This document shows, in pieces, positions 1 to 12,699 of a stretch of 64,000 nt of DNA. The notes beneath the pieces are model-generated. The model searched no databases. It was given only the letters and a program-made list of their open reading frames with translations, and had not been told where the DNA came from. The stretch comes from Phoronis australis (taxonomy: Eukaryota > Animalia > Phoronida): contig NMRA01000081.1 in the NCBI GenBank assembly GCA_002633005.1, positions 685,625 through 749,624 of the forward strand, read 5' to 3'. The position numbers were made by a program, and so were the translations under genes. Numbering within the stretch: position 1 is the stretch's first letter; each line of letters begins with the position of its first letter.

Positions 1-999
1 TCCTCGAAGACACTATTCGTGTGCCAAAAATCAACTGCGTGACAAATGTTTGTCGGTCATTTTAAGTCCTTTTGATTTTCGATGGAGCATTTTACAACTT
101 TATACGTCAACTGTTCATTAATGCTTGGGTCGGTTATATGCACTTGCTTTATGACCATGGGAAACATATCCTTAGATTTGCTATTTACTCTCAAAAGGAG
201 ACACCGCCCATTGAAATTGTGGTGTTGTTTAAATATAAAGGCTCATAATTTCATCGTTGAGGGTAAATAAATAGATACTCTTCCTTGCTTATAGACTATA
301 CGAATCTTTAGTTGGAACACGAATTCACCTACTGTTTAAATAGTACGAATTCGTCCATCATCAAACAAACTTTAAAAAACAGAGAGAGTGAACAAACCAA
401 CCCACGTGGGTTTCCTATGTAAGTGGTTTCATGGCCTACCATTAATTTTCGACAGAAGAATGTCAAAAGGTTCCGGTATTGACAGACTTGTACAGTGCCT
501 GTTTGACGAATTGTGTTGAAAACTTGTAAACGTTAGTGGGTTTACTCTGACTAATTACACACCTTTAAAAATAATGATACCAGGCGCTACTTCCGAAAAA
601 TGTCCAAATAAACATTGATTTTTTTTACATTCAGACTTTGAGTAATCCGAAAACTTTTGATTTTTGAAATAGAAAAAAAGTTATTAAGCGGTATAATTTA
701 AACCACTTTCGCTAAAGTGTAACTTTCATTTTTGCGTCAACTTTCATAGACTGATTTGCAGGATCAATAACGTTTTCCTCTATGACGAACAAACAGTAAT
801 TCCTTAACTTGTTACAATCGTCATTCACTACTGTTATTGATTTACGTGAAGCCGGGATCCAATAGATGAAAACATGAAAACTATATTTACTCCGAAAGCC
901 AATAAAAAATAATTGCGGGCGGTCTGATACACGTTGTACCAGACGTGCGCAGGCCTCGCATGTGGGCCCATTGCACCTGGAAATATTTTTTTTGCTTTA

Positions 1000-1130
1000 T
1001 TAATATATGGTTAAAACCGAGCTGAGGAGCTAGAAACCTGGCTCAAGGGTTTAGCAGTGTGACATGGTGGGACTTGAACCCACGACCTCGAGTAAAGAAA
1101 GCGGGCACTTATCAAACAGGCCACACTGTC
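1000..1130 (-). mobile_element. tRNA-derived SINE-like element
   Basis: The reverse strand reads GACAGTGTGGCCTGTTTGATAAG...GTGGGTTCAAGTCCCACCATGTCA. It has A-box and B-box-like motifs and a T-stem, but the acceptor stem lacks one base and non-tRNA body sequence follows. Confidence 0.55.
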
Positions 1131-1723
1131 TCCTCTCCGAAAGCCAAAAGTGCATCATGCAACCGAGGTGATTCTTTGCTCATAAGTGATGAAAACTATT
1201 TTCGCGACCAAAGTAAGATTTCGTGACCAAACAATCGCATAACTTTATGACAACATTTCTTTGTAGAATCCCCGTAGAGCGCAATGTAAAAACCAGTTCG
1301 CTAACCTCGCCAGTGCGCGTGCGCCTGTCCAAAGCAGTCTTTTTGAGGTGGCTAGGTGTGAATAGTTCTGAATAATCTCACAGAAAGCGACATGAACTAC
1401 GCTTTTAAGAGTAGCATTGGCCACCACTTTCTTAAGAATGTGTCAAAAATTGAAATTTCGTTTTAAAACAAAAATCAGCAATTTTCAACTTTCGTGAAGT
1501 CCTTTCATGTTTCATCAAAAAACTGTTTCATAGTTCAAGCCGTGAAAGCATAGATTTTTTGAATCCTCAACAAATCAAATTTTCACGCGTATCGACCCAA
1601 ACACTAAACGAAACAAATCAGGAACCTGATGACTATCGTGTGACTCATGTTTGAGGAAATAACCTTCCAACTCGGCTATTGAAGCGTTTTCCTATTCATC
1701 ATTTATACGCTGATATTTTGTAG

Positions 1724-1756
1724 TTCCCTGCAACAGTGGCAACTGGAACCAATGCG
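1724..1756 (+). CDS. Internal exon (phase 1-1) of the Cys-rich EGF/ShKT gene: xPCNSGNWNQC
   Basis: ttttgtag acceptor, GTAAGT donor, 33 nt, open in phase 1 and compatible with the next EGF-like exon. Confidence 0.6.
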
Positions 1757-2284
1757 GTAAGTGACTAACGACGAGGAAGAAAACGTTCGAGACGAGGCGA
1801 GAAAGTCTGTGATAAAAATGAAATTGTTCGTAAAAAAGAGTAAAAATGATTCGATCATATCACTCTGGGGTAATAATACACTTCAACTGGCGTAAGAGGA
1901 CCCTAAAATCCATTTTCACTTTATTTTGTTTACATCTGAATTTTGCCATCCAAACTGTCAATTTCTAAAAAAACTCGCACGACCTTGCTGTCTGGTGTGA
2001 TATTTGATCTCTTTGGGATTCATTGTTTACAAATATATAAGAATTCTCAAGTGATCCACGTTTGTACTTTGAGACAACGTCGGTTTTGCAACCGAAAATG
2101 CGTTATTGGAATTAGTTGTTGGATGGAATAGACTTGTTGAAGTTATTAACGCTGACCAGAACTACTGCAAATTACATTGTTTTTGTGATGTTATAACAAA
2201 ATCCCAATGCTCGTCGTTGACTGACAGAACAATGCGCTGGAATCAAGGCCGGTGACGTCACCAGTTTCGCACGCTTAACGCCCT

Positions 2285-2400
2285 TTATCGAGAAGCTGGA
2301 CTTAGCCCCGTAAGCAAAGCGTAAGTTGCGTCCGTGGGGTTGCAAGTTCGATCCTGCGCTGAGGCTGATCTCAGAACATCACTTTTCTTGCCCACGTCTT
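2285..2400 (+). mobile_element. tRNA-like/SINE-like repeat (related copy about 40750-40860)
   Basis: B-box-like GTTGCAAGTTCGATCC followed by TGATCTCAGAA..CTTTTCT. The same layout recurs at 40800-40850. Confidence 0.45.
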
Positions 2401-2489
2401 TTTAATTGGCACTATAAAACGTACTTGTGCACGTGTTTGCTATAAAATTATATTTACTGCTGTTCCCACTGTAATATAACATAGAAATG

Positions 2490-2597
2490 TGGGTAATGGT
2501 CGAATATAACGTGCTAGCAATTTGAGAACCATTTTTCTCCACTGAATAATGGACATCAAACTGGTTCACAAAACACGGGTATGTTATATCAGACTAA
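2490..2597. mobile_element. Short hairpin MITE (inverted copy at about 37098-37205)
   Basis: Near-palindrome ATATAACGTG..TTTGAGAACCA ... TGGTTCACAAAA..ATGTTATAT. It is the reverse complement of the 37.1-kb copy. Confidence 0.65.
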
Positions 2598-3265
2598 TGC
2601 CCAAATGTGGACCGATCCCGAGGGTGATATCAGGTCACAAAAGCAACAATTATCTCCTGATGTCCACATAACTTGATATGCCCTAGGAATCGCTCTGTAT
2701 TTGGCTTATTACAAGACAACTGGTGCTTCTCTCCTATGATTTCTTTCGTCTTTTACTGGTACAGCATGTTCTTACGTGCTTTGGTGCACTGGCATCGTCA
2801 GCCCGTTTTGTAGTCACTTCGTGGTTTCTACAATGTCTGACTGGTCAGGTCGAGACGGTGAATAGTGGAATGAATGAAAAGCAATATTCCATGGCCAGCT
2901 TGTTCAATTGTATATCGAAAGTTTTTGTCCTGCGTTTTAGCCAATCAGATGACAGAAGGATTAGTGATCGTGTTATAATACCCATTATTTTACTAAAAAT
3001 ATAACTTCCATGCATATTTCACCAATTCTACGGCTTTATTATCTGTCGTTGACAAACAAAGTATTCGTCAACTAAGACGTCATTTTCAAATTTTTTTGGA
3101 AAAGTTTACCAGAGAAACATTGACAATGCCAAAAAAAAAACAGAAACGAGGACCCCTGAAAATTCTTGAGCAACGTTTACCAAACTGTTTAAACATAAAT
3201 TAATAAAAAATAAGAAATGGTCGAATGTCACCAATGTGTTCACATAGTCCGTTGACTGTTTACAG

Positions 3266-3367
3266 CATGTACCAAAACGTGTAAAGGCGGGCGTATTGGA
3301 CAGGGAGTCTTGGATGAGAGCAACTGTTCGTGCCGATGTGAGTTTGGAAAAGGGCCAAACTGCGATG
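3266..3367 (+). CDS. EGF-like exon (phase 1-1): CTKTCKGGRIGQGVLDESNCSCRCEFGKGPNCD
   Basis: gtttacag acceptor, GTAAGA donor, 102 nt. Six Cys in the C-x3-C...C-x-C-x-C-x7-C pattern resemble the EGF modules of CAP-EGF (CLEC18-type) proteins. Confidence 0.8.
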
Positions 3368-3904
3368 GTAAGATTTGCATCCTGAACTACACTTCTGCGC
3401 GCAAACAGACTGAAGCTGGCCTGAGACGTCGCGACTTTTCTTCAGTTTTTTACAATGCAGTTTCAGGAGTACTGAAGCGAATTAATATTATTTGTTGCAA
3501 CAAACATAAATTGCAGCGAATTACCTGAGGTCGGTTTAAAGGAACTGTTGAATTTTTCTTGCTTATTACATATTTGATTGTTGCATGATGTCAGTTTTCA
3601 ATACTCGAAAACGGTTGTTCTCACTAATTCAGTCCAAAAGGAATAAAAGAGGGCGCAATAGTATGAAATGCCCTTATATGGTCACCTCGTGGACGTCTCA
3701 GTTGAACGTGCTCAACAGCTTCTTATTTAATTTGCACTTTTCATATCTTGTGAAGTTTTGCTTTTCATGCACAAAAATGGGGACATCTATATATGTGTGT
3801 TTCTACATAAAATATGGTAATAAGTGGAAACACCTGTGTCAGTAAAGGATGATCAACCAAGGCTATGTTTGAAACAGGGTACATCAAAGACAACAGAGGT
3901 GAAA

Positions 3905-4190
3905 ATGCCAGGGTGGGTCCACCTATATAAATATACGTGGGCCCATCATGATGGGTTACTTTTATTTATATAGATGTCCCCATAGCGGTGGGTTCGATCT
4001 ATATTTATATAAGTGGACCCATCAATGTGGGTCCTTTTATATTTGTATAATTTAGATTGCCCCATCCGGGTGGGTCCATTGTTTGTACTCACAGAAGCGG
4101 TATTCACCTATAGGGGTAAGTCCAGCTGTGTTTATTTAGATAGACCCGCCATGGCGGGATTCATACCCACGATGGGTCCATCTTTATCAT
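3905..4190. repeat. Degenerate minisatellite of about 40 bp with semi-palindromic units (GGTGGGTCC..TATATAAATATA..GGCCCATC)
   Basis: Recurrent tgggtcc/cccatc and tatttatata modules. Confidence 0.6.
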
Positions 4191-4850
4191 CTCTAAAAAA
4201 CGCGACACGTTATTAAGTAATGTTTGGATCGGATGAGATAAAACTGGATGCATAAGATTTTACATTGTCACAAAATGGAACTCGACTGCTGATTTTGGTT
4301 AAAATCGCAAGAAAGATGGCGTTGTGGCGACAACTTTTCAATGTTTTGTTTTGCAGAGCCATAGCTAGGGGATTTTTTCTGTGGATAGATCATGTCACAG
4401 ATTATCGGTAATGGGTCATTTGTTTTTCTCAAGAACTCACCGTTCTAGAGTTATTCAAGATTTTCTGATGACTGCTATCGACCCATTTGATATGCACCAT
4501 GTGCAGTTCACAGCACGTCTCGTATGTACAACATTCTATTACTCATGTTACTTCTTGTGCTGTATCGTGGTGCCTCCGCCCTGTGAGGTGAGTTTCCAGA
4601 TTTCGGAGATCGAAACCTCGGGTTAAGCTTTGACAGCAATAGTAAGGGGAGAAAGTTGGCAAATCAATGTCTACGTTCATCGCAAACAGCTTTCAACAAA
4701 TGTGAAGAAGATGAGTTATTCATGAAATACAACAGGCCCGTAGCCAGCATTGCGCAAGGGGGTGGTTCGAATTTCTGGAACAGTGTTCCTTTTATGTTTT
4801 GCAAAGGTCGACCCGGTATAGTTTTCAGTAAGGCCCTTGACGCAGCTTGA

Positions 4851-5222
4851 TTAGGGGGAAGGGAAATCTGTATATATAACGATGACTCTCAGCTCTAGGT
4901 TCTGAGATGAGACGGAAATAAGGATTCCGTGATGGTTGCTCGTAAAGATTGGAAGGAAGGAATCAATTAAAAATTTATACACCCCATGAAACAGTTTGGA
5001 CAATATGGTCTTTGGTGGGTGGACCTTTCCCACAGTTGCCGTATAATTCGCAAAATGCGTAGGTCACGCTTGACAGTTTAGCAAACTTTGAAAGTTTCCA
5101 AATTTTTCAGCAAACTTTTGAGGATTGTCAATGGTTACAGAGTGTTATTTTGTTTTAGAGAAATGGATGGGAAAGTCACTTTTAGTATCTGTCAATAGGC
5201 CAAATCTGGGTATGGTATCGTA
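4851..5222 (+). mobile_element. Dispersed DNA-transposon fragment, Kolobok/piggyBac-like TTAA family (related pieces about 5559-5990 and 31822-32150)
   Basis: Shares the motifs TGGTGGGTGG..TTTCCCA, GGTCACGCTT..GTTTAGC..ACTTTGAAAG and CTGTcAATAGGCCAAA.CTGGGT.TGGTATC with 31970-32145. The related copies begin at TTAA followed by (A)AGG. Confidence 0.45.
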
Positions 5223-5239
5223 TTAAAAATGCAAGAACG

Positions 5240-5470
5240 TACTTGGTTTTCCGTATTCGTAAGACATGCCGGTTGTTGCGCATGAAATCAATAGTACCCG
5301 GACGTTTTCTTGGGTATAAGTACACCACTCAGCGCATCTAATAACCAAAGTATCGTTTACTTTTGCATGCAAAAGTATAAAAATTAAACCTTGGTTCGAA
5401 ATTTTAGATAGTTTCGGTGTAGTGAACCTTCGGAGTAGTGAACCTTCAGAATAGTGGGTTGTTCCCATTT
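5240..5470. mobile_element. DNA-transposon end with subterminal GTAGTGAACCTTCGGA repeats (second copy about 20185-20416)
   Basis: Clear homology between 5240-5470 and 20185-20416, both ending in GTTCCCATTTCCA. Confidence 0.65.
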
Positions 5471-7898
5471 CCATCGATGTAAGTAACACGCAAAAATATA
5501 ACCAGATAAAATTTCGTCAAGTCATTCTCAAACTAAAAAATTCCCTCCGAGTATATATTTAAAGGAGAATGCCACCAAATTTAATTTTTACCGCCTTAAT
5601 CGGTCTATATCCACATCATCTCGCATACGGTCGAACTTACCTCCCCGAGAGTTTCTCTCACTTGCTAATGCATCATTGGTGCCAATCTTGAAAGATAAAG
5701 CAGGAAACACCAAAGAATTCATACCCACGATCTCACGAATTAGATGTTACGGTCCTTGATGGGTGGTCTTTTCCCACAGATGCCGCGTAATTCAATAAAA
5801 GCGTAGTAGAATTTGTAAAAGGTTTTCTAATGATTTTCCTCAAAACTTTAGAGGGTTGTCGAGCCGTTACAGACTGAGCATTATTTTGCTTCAGCGAACT
5901 GGATGGGAAAGTCGTCTTCATTCGTTTGTGTGGCTACAAACTCTGTCCCGCTTAACCTTAGCTTTGTATACCAACATATGAAAATGTCGGCAGACTTCAA
6001 AATCAATTATTCAAAAGGCAAGTGACGTAATGCAGGAAACTGGACTCAGAGTAAGACCAAAAGCATAGTTGGGTCTGGTCTGTACACGGTCCCGGAGAAA
6101 CTTCCCACAATCAAGAATTGCCTTCTGAGATAAGACTGTGCAACCTTCTGATATGCCGATAAATGGACTGTTGCCTAAAACAAATGTGATTTTTGCTATG
6201 CCCCGGTGGCCATCGTCTAAGCTAATTTTTTCGCTCCAGAAGTGATTTTTGACATGATTTTATGTCAGTATTACAATGAAAAAGCATCCATAAATTATCT
6301 TCAATAGTATAACTACTGAAGTGGCACTACTGGTAAGGCCTGAGAGTATAGCCTTAGTCGGTGAAATTACCTAGTATCAACCATACATTGGCTGGGTGGT
6401 TAACACACGTGTGAATATTCCTTGAGTAGTTGCTCACGTCCCTAAATTAACTGAAGAGATAAAGAATCGTTATTTTAAACATACATTTTTGAAAGATGAA
6501 AATGAAAACAACACAGTGTTCTTTCATGAAACCACGATTCGGTATTGGTTGTCCACACTACTACGTCATTCAGGACAGCCAATAATAAACCGGAAGCTAG
6601 TACGTCCTGGATCTCAGCGCGATCCAATTTCTCATTCTCAATTCTTTTTTCTAGTCGAAAATGGCGTTTTCAACACACATTATTGGACGTGACACCTTTT
6701 CTTCACTCTATCAACAACCGTATGAAAAGAATGGAAAGTTTTGTGTCATTTAATGTGACAAACCTAGAGATGAGCCCAGAAACGTTATTCACTGCATTGT
6801 ATTGCTGACCCTTTCACTCCTACAGCAATGCAGAAAAAGGAGCACAAACACAATATTGGCAATTTTCACCCCAAAACCATTACTTTCCTGCCCATGTGTG
6901 ACATAAGACAACATTAGACGCTGAAATCAAATTTCTCACAGATTTAGAAAATGTAGTCCAAAACTACTAAGGCAACCAAGTAGTTTTTTTGCGATTCTGG
7001 TTTATTTGAAGGCTATCAGAAATCGCAGCCGAGTTCTCAATCGCTACTCAGCTATGCACAAATGAAACAGAAGCCGCCACCTTCAAGACGAGTGCACTTA
7101 CAGCCAAGCAAAGGTCTTTTTTCATTCCCAAATTTTCACTTTTTTCATTCACTCACAAATACAAACAAACCAGATACACTGAACCTACATGCAACGCCTT
7201 CTTCAAAGATTGGTGTATCTCGAGAACTTAATTTTTTGGCAGCCTAACTGTTCAGTGCCACCTACATTACGCGTCTCCGACTCTATCACCAAGGCGTACT
7301 GCCCACCATATTGAATCGTCACAACGTGACGAATGTTTCCAAGTGATCGTTCCCCACCCTGGAGTACTTATCTGTATGTACTTACGCGACATTTTGCTGA
7401 AAACAACCACTCTTGAAAGAACCAACAAGACAACCGCATTACAGACAGACATAGAAAATGCAAAAATAACTACTGTGGCCGAGAAAGGACATGGAAGATT
7501 TATTCACACTTCAATGATTATTAAACACATCCCCGCACCCGAGAATCCAAGTAGAACGTATCAAAACAGGTTATCACGTCACAAAGATTTCAATAAACGC
7601 AATCATAATATATAATATATAATGACTTTGACAAAGTTCAAGTCAAAATCGCCTAATCCTGTGTCGCGATTTATCTCCATTCGTAAGAGAAGACACTTTC
7701 CAGCGACAGCCACTAAATCCTAATAGTTTACTAGGTTGCTTCTCGTACTGCTATTCTCACATAAATTTCACTGGCACTGCATCATGGTTATGGTTCAAAT
7801 TTATAGCTATAATTAGCATATTTTGTGTTTTCACGTTTGGACAGTGAGTGAAAAGGAAGTCCACTGCAGAGTTTCGTAGAGCGTAAAACATTATCCTG

Positions 7899-8004
7899 CA
7901 CCTGATTAACTACCGGTTTCGCCCGGTCAACCTGATAAGCTCTTGATGACGACTTCCGGCTTACAGACCAATCCATCCGCGGACCCGGCGAAGTTAATCA
8001 AGTG
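7899..8004. mobile_element. Small MITE-like inverted repeat
   Basis: Terminal inverted repeat CACCTGATTAACT ... AGTTAATCAAGTG. Confidence 0.4.
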
Positions 8005-8290
8005 TAGACGATGTCATACACTTGAGGTGAAAAATCTTTTAGAATGTAAATTTTGTTTCAACCTCACAATTCAACACCTCATCAATCAATCTCTTCTATG
8101 GCCGTCATTTTGCTCAGGCTAGGATACGGCTAAGCTCCCACGCATACCTGTGAAACACTCGCTTTTCAATCGCATGATTTTGCGAGGTCTGATCTCCCTC
8201 TTTAACATAACAGCAAATGGCATTGACTCTTTCAGGAAGACACATACGGACAGTACAGTCAGGCAATAAGTGAATGCAGCGTGTCGCCTA

Positions 8291-9224
8291 ACCTTGGTGC
8301 AAAGCTGTATACTTAATATAAAGCTTTGCGCCAATGTGGGTAAAAAAACTGGCCAAATAAAATCTTACACAAACTTTGTGTCATCAGAAACTACACTCTT
8401 CCTTGAGTAAACTCAATTATTTACCGTTCTACCGTTATTCTGCTGCTAAAGTTGTGGTGCGATTTTATTCGTCGGCTTTCGGCGCCATGAAACATTGCGT
8501 CACTTATTGGCCAGTTTGTTTTTTCGCCAGTTTGCTCGTCGATTCTTCAATTAACTGACACGAGGTTGCGTACATATCATAACAAATTATGGGAGCTGAT
8601 TTCACTTCATTATAAGGTTTTAGAATTTTGATACCAGCAAACCGAATTTCAGAACAAATTTTGCTGTTGCGATGCTCTGGTGTCACCATCTCTCAAGGGA
8701 TGTCCCAAAGAATTTAGGAAATGGTCGAAATTTCACACCGTCCGGGTAGTTCTGCTCGTCATCTCGTCATGAAAAACAGTACGCTCATAACATGAGCACG
8801 CGCATTTTCCTATTTTGCGACATCTCTCGAGAGATGGTGGCAGCTTCACAGCAGCAAAGGTTGATCTAAATTTTATTTTACTGGTATTAAAGTACTAAAA
8901 ACTGAAACCAGTACAGCTAGTTTGTTGTGACATGTACGCAACCTCGTGAAAGAAGAACAGTTGATTGGAGAATTAGCGAAAAAAGAAACTGGCCAATAGG
9001 TGACGCTATATTTCATGGCGCCGGAAGCTGATGTACAACAACGCTCTACAACTTTAGGAGCACAATAATGGTAGAACGCCAACTTTTCTAACACCAATAG
9101 ATAATTTAGTTTACTCAAGGCACTTGAGAAGATTTTAATTACACATGTTTTGTGCCATATTTTATGGTGGCCGTTTTCTGCGCTAAGCTGCCGGTATACT
9201 TAGTATACAGCTTTGCACCAAGGC
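8291..9224. mobile_element. Palindromic non-autonomous DNA transposon with TIRs of about 410 bp and a TA target duplication
   Basis: 8291-8705 is the diverged reverse complement of 8819-9224. Ends are TA|ACCTTGGTGCAAAGCTGTATACT and AGTATACAGCTTTGCACCAAGGC|TA. Confidence 0.85.
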
Positions 9225-9458
9225 TACTCCTCCTGAGCATTGTCACAGGGGTCCGCCTCTTTTTAAAGCATAGACAACACGGTGATAGGGTTCGAACGTT
9301 TCGGTGACCAAGGTTGCACGAATGCTGTGACGACGGGGTTAGAAAAGCTGTGGAGACCAGGGACAGGTCAAATTAATTCCCTCAGACTTCTTATTGCTTA
9401 GGGCCCTCGGCAATCCTCAATCTGGCACGGAGTGAATAAAACACTTTTGGCATTCCAG

Positions 9459-9584
9459 AGGAGTGCAGGAATCCGTCAAATTACTTGAATTATGACGAAT
9501 GTGAAAACGTGAGGCCTGAAGAATGCCATGATGACAGTCTACGACCAATATTAGAGGAATTCTGCCCTGAGCAGTGTCTATGTA
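9459..9584 (+). CDS. ShKT/CRISP-ICR-like exon (phase 1-1): ECRNPSNYLNYDECENVRPEECHDDSLRPILEEFCPEQCLC
   Basis: cattccag acceptor, GTAAGT donor, 126 nt. Six Cys ending in CPxxCxC, typical of ShK/CRISP C-terminal domains. Splices in frame to 3266-3367. Confidence 0.78.
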
Positions 9585-9708
9585 GTAAGTACCAGCGTGT
9601 GTTTTCAAAAAGTCATGTTATTATCCAAATCTTTTTTCTTGTGATTTTACGTTTTACTTGGAGGTAGGTTGCACCAGTTTTAAGCCCTGAATCAGATCTA
9701 GGATATCG

Positions 9709-10176
9709 TAAAGGGGGGCCCAACATTTTGTCTCGTGAAAAATCGCGCAAAGCTCAGTTGTCGAGGCGGATAGCGCCGAATGGGGGAAAATTTTGTTTTT
9801 TGCCTCTAAAACAAGAATTTTCCTTGATTTCTGAAGTATTATCAAAGAAAAAACCTTGAGAATGTGTAAAAAATGGAAAAATTGAAAAGTGCACGGACTC
9901 GAACTCGCGACCTATTGGTCAGCGTGCGCGTGTTCTTTCACTGCGCCACCACGTTTCCAACTAAGACATGCTAAGAGACGCTTGTTTATGGTCCACAGCG
10001 TTTGCGCGCGAACCTGGTTCTTTTCCTAATTATTTATATTAATTACACGTTTAATATTTGGTGCAACCACTTCGTAGCAAAAGTTGTTGTGTTTAAAATA
10101 GTCTTCAGTTGCCCAAAAGATTAAATCCATTTTTTCGTGTTGGCACTAACCACGCAACTAATTTCTGGTGACCCCT
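9709..10176. mobile_element. MITE-like element containing a tRNA-like segment (9885-9950, - strand)
   Basis: Ends AAGGGGGGCCCAA / CTGGTGACCCCTT. The internal reverse-strand GGTGGCGCAGTG...GAGTTCGAGTCC carries A and B boxes. Confidence 0.45.
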
Positions 10177-11599
10177 TCTTATTGATTATTGATGAATTAG
10201 CTCAAAATTTTAATAGATTTTAATAGAAGTTAATTTTAAATCATCATTTTTCACCCAAAAAGTGATCAGGTACAAAATCTTAAAAGCAATAAATGTCTAC
10301 CTCTTACATGTATGCATTCTAAGACCCTAGCTCCTACAGAGAGGCTCGTTGATGCAGGAACAGAATGTCACCTGCTAAAGAGGCGACTTGTGTAAGCAAG
10401 CAGAAAAAACATCCGGCTATAAATGTAGGGGTAGCTTTTTTGAAATGTTGATTCTTTGTGCAAACGTGCTATTTTAGGCAATAATCCGCGCATTTCATCC
10501 AAAACGAATATTTGATTTAGCGTCACTAAATTTTGTAAAATGGACCTCGTCTTGTTCCTTACTCGGATCAGCAATGATTTCTAGTGAAGATTTATTTTTG
10601 GTTTAGACCAGGTTCATTACTATTGCACGTCACGGCGTGTTAGTCTCAGGTACGCCAAGGAAACTCCGGGCGATTTATTGCAAATAGTTCCTACTAAGAA
10701 CAAAATCAGAACCCAATGACGTATTTTTGGATGAGCAAAAAAAGAAAGTTAATGATTTTAACACCACAGCATGACTTTAAGTATAGTTGCAAAATCTGTA
10801 AGATTTTTATTTTGTGCGTGGATTGTCACATTTTCGCTTCTTATTGAGCCCTACTGTCACCCTAAAGAGCCGTACTTCGAGTACGAAACTCGAGCGACTT
10901 TGCAGACCTCTCTGCTACATGCCTTGGCCCGCTGAAACATCAAAATACTTGCATCTAGACGGCGGATAAGATTAGTGAACGCACCCTGCGAACAATCAAA
11001 TAACCTTGTCTTCTAGTTGTAAACTACTGTAGGAGTTGAGCTTAGACTGTGACCGAGTAGTAGCAAGTTCGGTTGCCGCGCACTGCTCAGGCAGATACGT
11101 TAGTATTTCATAAAATATTTAAAGAAATATAACAGTTATTGTTTTGAGAAAGAAAACATCCTTCAGTTATAGGTTTACACCTCAAATAACTCCCTAGTGT
11201 GAAAAACTAGAATGTTAGCATAATCGTTTCAACGAGGGCAGCTTCCTGTGGGAGAAATTAATCCTAACAGATAAGTTATAACAAAATTTGTGAATAGGCC
11301 AAGTGGAAGCATCCGCCAAAAAAGTTTTACCACAATTATAGTATTCTGTGCCTTCTGTCCTTGCGCCAGCCTCCTGCTGACGAACTTTAACAACTTCTTC
11401 CACACATGTGGAAGCTTTCATTTTGTTTAGTTAAGACAATGCCTGCACTGCAAGGACTACTTAAAAGGAATGGCCTGTGTTCGGAATGTCATTTAGGGAC
11501 ACGCGAAGGGCTGAAGCAGCAGGTGTTGAAAAGTAATTAACTTCGAATGCAATATTGCTTAAAAGAATTTATGCATATTTTAATCTCAATTTGCTTCAG

Positions 11600-11667
11600 G
11601 GAGACACCCGCTTACCCAGCAGGTGGCCAGGGGTAGAACCGTGGGCTACAGATATGAGATCGTGTGA
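11600..11667 (+). CDS. Probable terminal exon of the EGF/ShKT gene: RRHPLTQQVARGRTVGYRYEIV*
   Basis: ttgcttcag acceptor, open in phase 1 to TGA, AATAAA at about 11825. No homology support. Confidence 0.4.
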
Positions 11668-12699
11668 TCGATGAGTGCGCATCTCAAAGCCAACAGGAAA
11701 TTACGTTATACATTGTCAACATCGTGACTACAACGAGTCAAGAATATGCTGTCTACATGCAAATGCATTTACTGCGCGTGAACCCTTACGTCAGGCATGT
11801 ACATAGAGCAGTACTGATGTGTATAATAAATGACTTCGCAGCACGACGAAGACTGGATCATTCTGACAACAAAAAGATAGAAAAGTTACTCAAGGCCTTA
11901 TCACACCAAGGTAGTTCTCACTACGTTCTCAGCCGGGAATTTGAACTCAACGAGCTGGGGCTGTCTAAGAAATGTGTTAACGCTGGAAACATTTTTTTGC
12001 AATGTGAAAAATAATCCCATGCCCGGAATTACACTCAAGTCAAAGTGTCTAGTGCCCGCCCCTCCCTAATCTGTTTCCCTCAGTGCGTCCGAGCCCGCTA
12101 TAAAATCTTAATCAAATTGGCTGGGCCATTCTGAGAACGGGCTTGGTGTGACTGGGTGCCAAAAGACGGAATTATCATGGTCGCAGCCATCCGTTTACAA
12201 CAAGAATTTGTAAGATTTTAAGATACAGTAAACACACGCATTCCACCAAAAATAATTTATGGCTTAGCTAGCTTCTTACTGTTACGAAGAATAGAAAATA
12301 TTTCTCGGCTTGAGAAGAATTAGAATTGACAGTTAGATACTACTTCACTGGCAGGCCCATTAAAACTGGGCTTGTTACTGGAGCGTATAGTTTCAGTCGC
12401 TAATGCAATTGACTGTAAGTAAATTCACATGAAAAAAAGATAGAGGGATATATACGCCTGTAAAAAATTGGTGCTTTTGATACCAGAACAAACTGGGCTC
12501 GATTTGACGACCTGCGAATCGCCAATGCGAGGTCAGATTTTCTTTGGCGACAAGTCGCCATGAAGTCGTCAGCGTTCAAACGTGACCTGGAAGTAAAGAC
12601 ACGGTAATTTCTCAACAAAACCAGCAAGTTCCGACCTTTATGCATGCGCAAACAATGCGTTACGATCATTGCTTAACGCTGAAGCCAAACAAGGTGAAA

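Noticed and set aside
455-535. Candidate Cys-containing exon (ECQKVPVLTDLYSACLTNCVENL*)
   Set aside because: There is an in-frame stop before the plausible donor, and the other frames also stop.
1060-1130. Functional tRNA gene
   Set aside because: The acceptor stem is incomplete, the anticodon arm is irregular and SINE-like body sequence follows, so it was treated as a tRNA-derived repeat.
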